Notes: generated by a model not told the origin, from the letters alone. 16,777 bases of DNA from Candidatus Rokuibacteriota bacterium (GCA_016184305.1 JACPCX010000133.1:1-16777); one strand, 5' to 3'. Positions 7,228 through 15,340 are shown, counted from the first letter of the stretch. A program made the numbers and translations.

Positions 7228-8160
7228 TCACGCGGACTGCCGGGACCACGCCTCAAGCCAGGGCGGTGAGGCGCCGATGCGGCAGAGGGTTCGCACCACC
7301 CGCTCCGGAGTCCCCCAGTCGCTCCACAGGGTGCCAGAGACGGGCAAGACCGCCAGGACATCGGCGGCCCGCTCCAAGACGTCTCGAGAGAAGTTCGACG
7401 CGCGCATCAGGGCATAGGCCTGCTGGACGGCCCAGGCTTCGTGCTCACCGCCGACAAAGGCTTCGATCCTCGCCAGGCGGGCGTGCACGTCCGGAACATA
7501 CTGGCGGCCCATGGCTTTGAGGGTCCCCACGCGCGCGACGACCACGAGGCTGTTCCACAGGAAGCCCGAGCCAAAGAAGGCGCTGGCCCGCTCCGCCGTC
7601 GGCTTTTCCCAGAAGCTCCGCACCCGGGAGCACCCGGGGGCCTCGGGCACTGGCTCCCCCGGCTCGATCCAGCCGTATCCCTCCTCGGGGCCGTCCGGAT
7701 ACATGCCGAGAAGGATGACCAGCCCTGAGCACCGGCGCACGAGCTGGACGGCGTGGTCCACGTACGCCAGAAAGGCGCGTTCCTGCAGCAAGAAATGGTC
7801 TGAGGGGAAGACCGCCACGATCCCCTCGGGATCGCGCCAGCTCACCCAGTGGGCGGGCCAGAGGATGCCGAGCCCGGTTCCCTTGTTGGACGGTTGGAGG
7901 AGCGTGTGGGGAACCGAGCCAGGCAGATCGCGTCGCAGGTAGGGGGCGTGGGCCCGGTTGCCGACGACCACGGTGCGCTGGGACGGGATCAGTGGCGCGA
8001 TCCGCAACAGCGTCTGGCGGAGGAGCGTCCCGGCCCCGTTCACCGCGCAGAACTGCTTCGGGCATCGCTCACCCGCGATGTGCTGGGTCAGCGGAAGCAG
8101 GCGGCTGCCTTCGCCACCCGCGAGGACGATCCCCCACACGTCTCCACCCGGCGATCCCAT
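7228..8160 (-). CDS. Mannose-1-phosphate guanylyltransferase-like sugar-phosphate nucleotidyltransferase, without a cupin domain
   Basis: Motifs IVLAGGEGSRLLPLT...PKQF, QPSNKGTG, FPSDH, GYGWIEPG, FWEKP, FLWNS and WSDWG. Confidence 0.85.
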   Translation of the reverse strand: MGSPGGDVWGIVLAGGEGSRLLPLTQHIAGERCPKQFCAVNGAGTLLRQTLLRIAPLIPSQRTVVVGNRAHAPYLRRDLPGSVPHTLLQPSNKGTGLGILWPAHWVSWRDPEGIVAVFPSDHFLLQERAFLAYVDHAVQLVRRCSGLVILLGMYPDGPEEGYGWIEPGEPVPEAPGCSRVRSFWEKPTAERASAFFGSGFLWNSLVVVARVGTLKAMGRQYVPDVHARLARIEAFVGGEHEAWAVQQAYALMRASNFSRDVLERAADVLAVLPVSGTLWSDWGTPERVVRTLCRIGASPPWLEAWSRQSA

Positions 8161-8176
8161 CGGCGTCCCTCCACGA

Positions 8177-8491
8177 TCACGGCATGCGCGACGCCCGTCG
8201 CGGGCGTCGCGGAGACTCCGCCATCTCGATCTCCCGCTCCCTCAAGCGCTCGGCGACACAGGGCGGGAGCCCGACACACCGGATCCTGACGCCTCCCTTG
8301 TGCGGCCCACCGAGCTCCTGGACCAACACTTCAGCCCCGGAGGGCTCCACGTCACGGATCGCGGAGAAATCGACGATCACCTCCCCGGTCCGGAAGCGGT
8401 CCAGCTCGTTGAGGAGCTGCATCGCGCCTGACGCGTCGAGGACCCCGCTCAACCGGACGCGCACGTGCATCCGGGACATGTCCACGTTCAT
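8177..8491 (-). CDS. STAS-domain (anti-sigma-factor antagonist-like) protein
   Basis: Pattern VRLSGVLDASGA...VIVDFSAIRDVEPSG...IRCVGL..VAERL. A purine-rich SD-like stretch (GGAAAGGAA) lies upstream. Confidence 0.75.
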   Translation of the reverse strand: MNVDMSRMHVRVRLSGVLDASGAMQLLNELDRFRTGEVIVDFSAIRDVEPSGAEVLVQELGGPHKGGVRIRCVGLPPCVAERLREREIEMAESPRRPRRASRMP

Positions 8492-8544
8492 CTCGTACTG
8501 TTCCTTTCCGAAGAGTGCGCCACAGCCATCACATCATCGTGGGC

Positions 8545-8560
8545 AGCAGGAACGATGCCA
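8545..8560 (-). promoter_or_regulatory. Sigma-54 (-24/-12) promoter for the STAS / nucleotidyltransferase / ICMT unit
   Basis: Minus strand reads TGGCATCGTTCCTGCT, i.e. GG-N10-GC, close to the TGGCAC-N5-TTGCW consensus. It is intergenic and 54 bp upstream of the STAS start. Confidence 0.7.
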
Positions 8561-8660
8561 GGAGCGCGGCGCAGGAGTGGACCGACCGGGAACTCCGCTC
8601 GCCCGAGGGGTTGGAGAACAGGCTTCACTTTCTGCGGGCCGCCCAGACACCCCGAGTGTC

Positions 8661-8712
8661 GACATCCTGGCGGAAGGGGCAGGGAGCCGGCCGCGCGCGC
8701 AGACAATTTGTC
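8661..8712. promoter_or_regulatory. Candidate paired binding sites (UAS) for an enhancer-binding protein
   Basis: GACA-TCC-TGGC (8661-8671) and the palindrome GACA-ATT-TGTC (8702-8712) lie 41 bp apart, about 100-150 bp upstream of the sigma-54 site. The same arrangement occurs at 14682-14732. Confidence 0.5.
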
Positions 8713-10189
8713 AGGAAGCGAACCGGGATCGCAAGAGCCCGACGGCGGCTGATACCACCGCGAACCAGGCGAAGAGGTCGCCGATCCGGGTATAGACAGT
8801 CCCGTCAGCCTGAGCGCCGATCTTCCCGACAAGCACTCCCTCGGTGAAGGTTGCCGACTGCTGCCGCACGCGGCCGCGCCGGTCCACGATCGCCGAGACC
8901 CCCGTATTGGCCGAGCGGACGAGAAAGGCCCCATGCTCCACGGCGCGGAAGACCGCCATTGCGAGATGCTGCGCGGGTGCCGCGCTGCGGCCGTACCAGG
9001 CGTCGTTGGTGATGTTCACGAGAAATCCCGCGCCGTTCCGAAAAAGGCGGCGAACCTCGGCGGGGAAATAGACTTCGTAGCTGATGACCACCCCGAAGCG
9101 ACTCCGCGGAAGCCGGAACACCGTGGGCTCCGTTCCTGAGCTGAAGTCGCCGATCGCGCCCCGGGCGAGCTTCTCGGCGAAGCCCAGGAGGGGACGGAGC
9201 GGGATGTATTCACCGAATGGCACGAGGTGCATCTTGTCGTAGCGCTGGAGAAGGGCGCCGCCCTGAGAGATGAGGAAGGCGCTGTTGTAGAAGCCCCCGC
9301 GATCCAGATCGGGGCTGCCCACGAGGAGGAACCGCTTCGTTTCGCGCGCGAGCTGCGCGACCCCGGCCTCGCCCTCGGGTTCCAGCCGAAGCAGAAAGGG
9401 AATCGCGGCCTCGGGCCAGACGATCAGGTCCGCCCCCTTCCGGGCGGCCTCCCGGGTCAGGCGCTCGTAGGTCTTAAGCGTCGCGCCCCGCAAGGCCGGG
9501 TCCCACTTGACGCCCTGGTCCACATTCCCTTGGAGAACGGCCACGCTCAGCCCATCGGACGGCTCCGGGAGCGAGAGGGCCTGCACTCCATAGCCCACAC
9601 TCAGGAGGAGCGCGAGAGAGGCGGCCAGGACCGATGCGGCGGCGGCCCTGCCGCGATGCCCGAGCGCGAAGGCGATGGCGGCATTCACCACAACAACGAG
9701 GAAAGACACACCGTACACACCGGTAATCGAAACGATCTGGATCAGCGGGAGGGTCCGGTACTGCGTATAGGCGAGGAAGGCCCACGGGAAGCCCGTCAGC
9801 AGATATGTCCGCGCGAATTCCAGGGTGACCCAGAGGCTTCCCGCCAGCAGAACACTGCTCACTCCCGGGGCGGGCCTCAACCGGATCCAGCACGCCGAAA
9901 ACACCCCCACGTAGACGGCCAAGTACAGGGAGAGGAGGAGCAGCAGGAAGAGGCTCAGTGCCCAGGAGAGGCCGCCGTACACCGCCATGGCGTGCGTGAC
10001 CCAAGAGAGGTTCAGGGGATAAAAGACCATCCCGGCCAGCGTCCCGATCCAGAAGGCCGCGCGGCGCGGGGCCCGCTCCAGGGCCACGAGGAGCGGCACC
10101 AGCGCCACGAACGCTAGCGGCCACAGGGCGGCGGGGGGAAAGCTCAGAAACAGGCCGAGCCCGGTGAGGACCGCGAGGAGAGCCGGCAT
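8711..10189 (-). CDS. lnt: Apolipoprotein N-acyltransferase homolog with the catalytic Cys replaced by Ser
   Basis: Motifs TGFPWAFLAYTQ, GVYGVSF, LQGNV, VWPEAA (catalytic E), YDKMHLVPFGEY (catalytic K), NITNDAWYG, RAVEHG and RSANTGVS. The expected ICYE reads ISYE (codon AGC at 9082-9080). Confidence 0.93.
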   Translation of the reverse strand: MPALLAVLTGLGLFLSFPPAALWPLAFVALVPLLVALERAPRRAAFWIGTLAGMVFYPLNLSWVTHAMAVYGGLSWALSLFLLLLLSLYLAVYVGVFSACWIRLRPAPGVSSVLLAGSLWVTLEFARTYLLTGFPWAFLAYTQYRTLPLIQIVSITGVYGVSFLVVVVNAAIAFALGHRGRAAAASVLAASLALLLSVGYGVQALSLPEPSDGLSVAVLQGNVDQGVKWDPALRGATLKTYERLTREAARKGADLIVWPEAAIPFLLRLEPEGEAGVAQLARETKRFLLVGSPDLDRGGFYNSAFLISQGGALLQRYDKMHLVPFGEYIPLRPLLGFAEKLARGAIGDFSSGTEPTVFRLPRSRFGVVISYEVYFPAEVRRLFRNGAGFLVNITNDAWYGRSAAPAQHLAMAVFRAVEHGAFLVRSANTGVSAIVDRRGRVRQQSATFTEGVLVGKIGAQADGTVYTRIGDLFAWFAVVSAAVGLLRSRFAS

Positions 10190-10292
10190 CGGGCTCAGCG
10201 AGACAGAGGCTGATCGAGGTCGTGGACACCGATTGCCGGACCGTCTCGTAGCCTGCTGCCCGGAGGAAGCCTCAGCCAGTGATGGATCTGCG

Positions 10293-11333
10293 TCACGGTG
10301 TCACGCTGATCCCATTGGGGCCGCGTCCCACCGGGATCGTGGCGACGACCTTCAGGTCCTTCACCTCGATGACCGAGACGGAGTTCGCGTAGGTGTTCGT
10401 GACGTAGGCATAGCGGCCGTCGCCGCTGACCGTGACGCCGTGAGCCCCCGGCCCGGTCTCGACAGTCTTGACGACGCCGAACGTCGCCAGGTCGATCACG
10501 CTCACGGTTGTGCCCGGACTCTTCTTCGTGCCCTGGTTCGCGACGAAGAGAAGGCGGCTGTCGGGCGTGGGGTGAACCTGGATCGGCACCGTTCCAACCC
10601 GCACCTTCCTGATCACCTGACGGGTGGCCGGATCGATGACCGCGACCTGGTCTTCCTGGGACAAGGAGGCGAAGGCCAGGCGGCCGTCGGGGGTGAATCC
10701 CACCTGCGCGGGCCCCTTCCCCGCCGCGATCCTGGCGACCTCGCGGCGAGCTTCGGTGTCGATCACCGAGACTGTCCCACCCTTGAGGTTGGCGACATAG
10801 GCCTCCTTGCCGTCGGGGCTGATCCGGATCCCGTGGGGGTAAGCTCCCACCGGGATCGTGGCCACGAGCCGCCGCGCCAGCGTGTCCACCACGCTGACCG
10901 TGCTCTCACCGCCGTTGGTCACGTACGCGAAGCGGCCGTCCGGCTCCAGCACGACATGGGCAGGATGCAACCCCACCTTGACCCTGGCCACGACCTTGTC
11001 CGTGGCCGTGTCGATGGCCCAGACCTCTCCCGGGTTCCCCATCGCCGCGTGGTCCCGCCTCGGCATTCCCTTGTGCTCCTGCTCCCATTCCTTCCGCTCC
11101 TCGCCGTTGTTGGTGACCCAGGCGAGCTTGCCGTCAGGGGAGACCTGGATGTTGTGAGGGTCGCGGCCCACCGGAACGATCGCGAACCGGGTGAACATCC
11201 GGGCTTCGATCACTGACACGGTATTGGCCCCCTCGTCGGCCACGTACACCTTGTCCGAGGCCGCGCCGGCCGGGCCGGCCCAGCCCACCGCCAGGGTCAA
11301 GGCGGTTCCCGCGATCCAGTGCCACCATCTCAT
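10293..11333 (-). CDS. Exported YVTN/YncE-family beta-propeller repeat protein
   Basis: Signal peptide (AGA-A) followed by about seven repeats of the type P.G....PDG..AYVTN.....VSVID......ATIPVG. SD GAGAGGA. Confidence 0.9.
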   Translation of the reverse strand: MRWWHWIAGTALTLAVGWAGPAGAASDKVYVADEGANTVSVIEARMFTRFAIVPVGRDPHNIQVSPDGKLAWVTNNGEERKEWEQEHKGMPRRDHAAMGNPGEVWAIDTATDKVVARVKVGLHPAHVVLEPDGRFAYVTNGGESTVSVVDTLARRLVATIPVGAYPHGIRISPDGKEAYVANLKGGTVSVIDTEARREVARIAAGKGPAQVGFTPDGRLAFASLSQEDQVAVIDPATRQVIRKVRVGTVPIQVHPTPDSRLLFVANQGTKKSPGTTVSVIDLATFGVVKTVETGPGAHGVTVSGDGRYAYVTNTYANSVSVIEVKDLKVVATIPVGRGPNGISVTP

Positions 11334-11411
11334 CGTCGTTCCTCTCTTTCTCGCCTCAACGGTCGCGCCAAGCGCCCGGTTCCGGCGGGTGTCACACCTC
11401 CCTTGCCGGGT

Positions 11412-12295
11412 TCACGGATGACCACGTTCCGCCCGGGAAGAGGTCGCGATCGGAGCCAAGGCCGCGTAGAGCGGCGGCGCGATCTCCGAGACGAGGCTCA
11501 GGGCGTCCTCGAGCGCGCCGCCGCTCTCTGCCGGGATCCCGAGGCGCACCAGCATCGCATCGGCCTGCCGCCGGAACAGGATCTCGCGCATCAGCGCCAG
11601 CCGATAGCGATAGTCGTCGCCGTAGACACGCCGGCCGAGCTGACGCCAGTACACCACCGCCAGCGGCCCGCCCTGCTTGTAGCCGACCACGGCCGGCAAC
11701 CGAACCGGTGTTGCGCCGTTCAAGACTACTGGAATGGCGACGCGGTCGATCCGGCTGGTGTTCGCCTCCGGGAAGATGCGGTCGATGGAGCCCCGCCGCT
11801 TCGGATCGTCCTCGCGCGCGAAGAACGCGACCGAGACCCAGACGACCTGGCCCGCGCGCCGGTAGGTCCGCCGAAGAGCCGCCTTCTCATGAGATAGGGG
11901 AGGGGGATCATGAAGAGCAGGAACCCGATTCCTGACCAGACATGCCGGGCGACGCGGGCGCCGGCCAGGAAGAGCACCGTCCCCAGCAGCATGACGGGCA
12001 GCGACACGCGAGCGAGGAACGGCTCGCCGCCCAGGGACCCGAGCGCGAGGGCGGCGAGCCCGAGCACCACGAGAGGGAGCCCGAGCGGAGAGGACCCCAG
12101 GGCCTCCCGCGCGATCCGCTCCCTGCGAGCCCAGATCAGGTACGCCGCGATGAAGGGAATCGCGAAGCCGTGGGAGAGGTTCGGAAACGCCGCCCACTCC
12201 GCCACCATGGCGGGCACGACCGGCGCGTAGATGCCGAGGATCGCCGCCACCCCGGCCCCGAGCGGAATCCACGGAGCCGAAGGACTCACCGGCAT
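11412..12295 (-). pseudogene. Exosortase / EpsI-family gene with an internal deletion and frameshift
   Basis: ATG 12295 (SD GAGGAG) starts an exosortase N-terminus (W...PNLSHGFAIPFIAAYLIW...FLLFMIPLPY) that breaks off near 11892. A different frame then carries an EpsI-like C-terminal domain (LRRTY....VWVSVAFF...LAVVYW.Q.GRR...DAMLVRL) to TGA 11412. The catalytic exosortase region is missing. Confidence 0.8.
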
Positions 12296-12336
12296 CGTCG
12301 AGCTCCTCACAGCGGCCCCCGGCAGCACGGGTGAAG

Positions 12337-12804
12337 TCAGCGGGACCTCCGCGCGATCGCATGGCCCGCGTCCGCCCAGGCGACCATTCCCCCGTCGAGG
12401 TTCCACACGTCCGTGTAGCCGAGCTGGACCAGCGTGCGCGCGGCGATGGCGCTCATGGCCCCGCTCCGGCAATAGACGACGAGCCGCGCTCTCTTGTCGG
12501 CCGGCAGCTTGCTCAGGTTCGCCTCCACCTGGTCGAAGGGGATGAAGAGGTCGGTGGGGCGGATCTCGCCGGCATAGGGGGTGTGGACATTGATCAGCGC
12601 GAAGCTCTTGTTCTCGAGGAGGCGCACGAGTCCGGCCGGGCCCACGTCGGTGTACCTCCCCCCTGCCCCGACGAGCACCGTCCGCGTTTGGGGGCTGGGC
12701 TCGCCGGCCGCCAGCGCCCTCCAGGGACCGGGCAGAATCAGGACCGCCAGGCCAAGAAGCATCGCCCCGACCAGATGGTCCCGCGAGCGTCTCCGGAATG
12801 TCAT
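12337..12804 (-). CDS. Exported rhodanese-like domain protein
   Basis: Signal peptide ending in ALA. Motifs LINVH.PY.GEI..TD, LVVYCRSGAMS (active-site loop) and LGYTDVWNLDGGMVAW. SD AGGAGG. Confidence 0.9.
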   Translation of the reverse strand: MTFRRRSRDHLVGAMLLGLAVLILPGPWRALAAGEPSPQTRTVLVGAGGRYTDVGPAGLVRLLENKSFALINVHTPYAGEIRPTDLFIPFDQVEANLSKLPADKRARLVVYCRSGAMSAIAARTLVQLGYTDVWNLDGGMVAWADAGHAIARRSR

Positions 12805-12942
12805 AGGTCCCTCCTGCGTCGCAAGTTCAGGGTTGTCCGAAACATTCTCTCGGGCAGGCTGGCAAGGGCTTGCGCCACCGTGCCGGCAATGGGGTCATCC
12901 CAACGAACCTCCAGCACCTACTCCATCGTCCTTGCGCCTGCG

Positions 12943-13182
12943 TCACCGGGCCCCGCTGATCCCGTCGGGCGGGGAGGCCGGGCGCGCATCGTTCCTCGTG
13001 CACAGCCCCCAGCAGAGTCCGCCGACGAGCACGAGAAGGCCGAGGGCGGCTGCCGCAGCCGGCCCCAGCCCAAGCCGAGGGACGAGCAGCCAGAAGACGA
13101 GCGGCAGGCTGCAGAGCCAGACCAGGCCGGCGACCATCATCGGCGTGAGCCCCTCCCTTCTCCGCCCCGTGCCGCGCTCCAT
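12943..13182 (-). CDS. Small two-helix membrane protein with Cys residues (79 aa)
   Basis: Starts 1 nt after the lgt stop. Two hydrophobic segments carry WLCSLP and LCWGLC. Confidence 0.65.
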   Translation of the reverse strand: MERGTGRRREGLTPMMVAGLVWLCSLPLVFWLLVPRLGLGPAAAAALGLLVLVGGLCWGLCTRNDARPASPPDGISGAR

Positions 13183-13183
13183 G

Positions 13184-13945
13184 TCACACTCTCCGCGCCG
13201 TCAGCCTCCAGGCATAGGCGGCGAGGGCGGCAGCGAGAAATGCGAGGCTCGCGCCCTGGAGCAGGGACAGGCCGAAGCCGAGGTCCACGCGATCACCCCT
13301 GAAGACCTCCGTGACGAGACGGATCGCCCCATAGCCCCCCAGGTACAGCAGAAAGAGCTGGCCATCGAATGTCGTCCGCTTCCGGAGGGCCCACAGGGCC
13401 GCGAAGAGGGCAAGGTCGAGACCGAGCTCGTAGAGCTGCACCGGATGAAGCGGCACACCCTGCGGGGCCAGCGCGTGAACGTCGGTGAAGGTGACAGCCC
13501 AGGGCACCGCGCTGGGGCTGCCGTACGAGTCTCCGCTGAGGAAGCATCCCACCCGCCCGATCCCCTGGCCCAGGATGAGCGCAGGCGCGAGCGCATCGCC
13601 GATGCGCCAGACGCTCAGACGGCGCGCCCGCGCGTACCAGACCCCGGCGGCGAGACCGGCCAGGAGCCCGCCGTGCAGGGCCAGCCCTCCACGCCAGACA
13701 GCGAGGACGCCGAGAGGATCACGCCAGAGCAGCTCGGGCTCCCACCCCAGCACATAGGCGAGCCGGCCGCCGACGAGGCCGGCCACGATCACCGGGAGCG
13801 CCAGGTCATTGACCGTATCCCGAGGAAGCCCCCTGCGTCGGGCCTCGAGGCTCCCGACCCAGATGGCCACGAACAGAGCGGACGCGAGGAGCACGCCGTA
13901 GCTGTGGAGGCTGAAGCCGCCCACCTGGAGAAGCACCGGGTACAT
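13184..13945 (-). CDS. lgt: Prolipoprotein diacylglyceryl transferase
   Basis: Motifs MYPVL...HSYG, GGRLAYV, WRGGLALHGG, GIGRVGCFLSG, HPVQLYE and RLVTEVFR. SD GGAGG. Confidence 0.93.
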   Translation of the reverse strand: MYPVLLQVGGFSLHSYGVLLASALFVAIWVGSLEARRRGLPRDTVNDLALPVIVAGLVGGRLAYVLGWEPELLWRDPLGVLAVWRGGLALHGGLLAGLAAGVWYARARRLSVWRIGDALAPALILGQGIGRVGCFLSGDSYGSPSAVPWAVTFTDVHALAPQGVPLHPVQLYELGLDLALFAALWALRKRTTFDGQLFLLYLGGYGAIRLVTEVFRGDRVDLGFGLSLLQGASLAFLAAALAAYAWRLTARRV

Positions 13946-14056
13946 GGTATCCGCCTCCGCGTCAGCGTGCGCCGCCGGAGAGGCCCAGCGCCGCAGCGAG
14001 GGAGATTCCGATGTGGCCGGGCGCGCCCGCCCGCCCGACCCGCCGATCCAGGACGT

Positions 14057-14260
14057 TCATAGCGGCTTGCCCTCCTCGGTTCCCCGCGACGACTCCGCCC
14101 CGCCGTGGTGACCGCGGTGCATGCCGAAGAAGTGCAGCAGCGGGCAGAGCAGGAGCACGAGGAAGCCGAGCGCCTGCCCTCCGCTTACCTCCACGGCGGG
14201 GAGGTAGAGATACCCCACGACCACGGCGAAGACCAGCATCCAGATCCACCTGCGGGTCAT
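14057..14260 (-). CDS. DUF2933-like small membrane protein (67 aa)
   Basis: SD GGAGG precedes ATG 14260. Contains LVLLLCPLLHFFGMHRGHHG. Confidence 0.8.
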   Translation of the reverse strand: MTRRWIWMLVFAVVVGYLYLPAVEVSGGQALGFLVLLLCPLLHFFGMHRGHHGGAESSRGTEEGKPL

Positions 14261-14378
14261 CGCACGGCCCTCCGTGTGCGCAGCTTCCGTCGGCCCGGCC
14301 GGTTCGAGGGCGGGGTGAACCGTGCGAGGAACGGGGTGTCGAGCGGCGAGCGCCACTCGACGTCCATGCGCGCCCCCT

Positions 14379-14567
14379 TCAGTGGGATCCGCCATGATGG
14401 CCGGAGGCTGCGGGATCCTTCTTCGCGTCCGCCGACTTGCCCGCCTCCTCCCCGGTGTCGCGATCATGGGAATGGCCGCCCCCGCATCCCATCCCGAACC
14501 GGTGCATGGCCACGAAAACGCCCACGAGCAGGATCCAGATGCCGTAGTTCCTCAGGAAGTCTTCCAT
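14379..14567 (-). CDS. Small single-TM His/Gly-rich protein, DUF2933-related (62 aa)
   Basis: SD AGGAGG (14580-14575). Sequence MEDFLRNYGIWILLVGVFVAMHRFGMGCGGGHSH...GHHGGSH. First gene after a sigma-54 promoter. Confidence 0.75.
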   Translation of the reverse strand: MEDFLRNYGIWILLVGVFVAMHRFGMGCGGGHSHDRDTGEEAGKSADAKKDPAASGHHGGSH

Positions 14568-14592
14568 GGCCAGTCCTCCTGGCCATGGAGGG

Positions 14593-14608
14593 AGCAAGGC
14601 GGGTGCCA
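14593..14608 (-). promoter_or_regulatory. Sigma-54 (-24/-12) promoter
   Basis: Minus strand reads TGGCACCCGCCTTGCT, an exact match to TGGCAC-N5-TTGCW, directly upstream of the SD and ATG at 14567. Confidence 0.85.
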
Positions 14609-14681
14609 GCGAGCCCGTGCGCGAACTCGCAGAGTGGCGCGGGGTTACGTCACGTGCACGGGAAGAGCACGGACAGGCTCA

Positions 14682-14732
14682 GACAAAGTGGCAAAGGGGA
14701 TGGAAGGACGCGTCCGGGCCCGACTTCTTGTC
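14682..14732. promoter_or_regulatory. Candidate paired binding sites (UAS) for an enhancer-binding protein
   Basis: GACA-AAG-TGGC (14682-14692) and GACT-TCT-TGTC (14722-14732) lie 40 bp apart, in the same order as the pair at 8661-8712. Confidence 0.5.
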
Positions 14733-14765
14733 AGCGGGTTGCAGCCGGAGAATACGGGCCGGGGG

Positions 14766-14806
14766 AGAGAGACGACCCCCCCGGGAACCGAAGCTCCCGG
14801 GGGTCG
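14766..14806 (-). terminator. Intrinsic-terminator-like hairpin after the Met-rich protein gene
   Basis: Minus strand CGACCCCCGGGAGC-TTCG-GTTCCCGGGGGGGTCG forms a long GC stem with a C(UUCG)G tetraloop, followed by a pyrimidine tail (TCTCTCT) rather than a pure U tract. It lies just downstream of the stop at 14823. Confidence 0.6.
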
Positions 14807-14822
14807 CACACAGACAATCCTG

Positions 14823-15272
14823 CTAACCGCTACGGCGCTGCGCACCGCCGAACGGCATCACGTTCCCCCAGGGGTTGATGTGGAACGTGCGGAACTCTCC
14901 GTCCGGGCCCTTCAGCTCCACGGAGTACATCGTGCCGTGGCCGCCGGTGAACGGTAGGACCCGCTCCACCGTGAAGCCCTTCAGATAGGAATCCGCGTAC
15001 TGCTGAGCCAGCTCCTTGGCCTTCTCCTCCGTGATCTGGACCGGCTGGGCACCGGCGCCAGCCTGTCCGGCCGCGCCGCCCATCATGCCGGGCCCCATCA
15101 TCCCTCCGCCCATCATCCCACCACCCATCGTCCCTCCGCCCATCATCCCTCCGCCCATCATGCCCGGGCCCATGCCGCCGCCCGCCGGACCGCCGCCCAT
15201 CTGTGCCAGGGCCGCGCCGGCGAGCAGCGCCATCACACCTACCGCGAGTGTAACGCTCAGAATGCGCTTCAT
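14823..15272 (-). CDS. Exported Met/Gly-rich protein with a PepSY-like C-terminal domain (149 aa)
   Basis: SD GAGGAGG precedes ATG 15272. Signal peptide ends in ALA-Q, then (GGGMM)n, then ITEEKAKELAQQY...VERV.....MYSVELKGPDG....FHINPWG. Confidence 0.8.
   Translation of the reverse strand: MKRILSVTLAVGVMALLAGAALAQMGGGPAGGGMGPGMMGGGMMGGGTMGGGMMGGGMMGPGMMGGAAGQAGAGAQPVQITEEKAKELAQQYADSYLKGFTVERVLPFTGGHGTMYSVELKGPDGEFRTFHINPWGNVMPFGGAQRRSG
15078..15173 (-). repeat. Coding 15-bp tandem repeat, about 6 imperfect units (GGGMM/GPGMM)
   Basis: Units such as gcccatcatccctcc recur at 15078, 15093, 15108, 15123, 15138 and 15153. Confidence 0.85.
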
Positions 15273-15324
15273 CTTTCCCCTCCTCTGGGTCGATCTGACG
15301 ACTGAGCTTCTGGTTCCCTGTGAC

Positions 15325-15340
15325 AGCATGGCTCGTGCCA
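15325..15340 (-). promoter_or_regulatory. Sigma-54 (-24/-12) promoter
   Basis: Minus strand reads TGGCACGAGCCATGCT (GG-N10-GC, one mismatch to consensus), 53 bp upstream of ATG 15272. Confidence 0.78.

Noticed and set aside
12860..12890. Sigma-54-like TGGC...TTGC sequences upstream of the rhodanese gene
   Set aside because: GG-to-GC spacing is 11 nt on the minus strand and 9 nt on the plus strand, not the required 10.
14338..14381. Hairpin GTCGAGTGGC-GCTC-GCCGCTCGAC beginning 18 nt after the TGA of the 62-aa His-rich gene, as a possible SECIS
   Set aside because: There is no redox motif context at the TGA, and read-through would run into low-complexity sequence overlapping the next gene. 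An ordinary stop is more likely.
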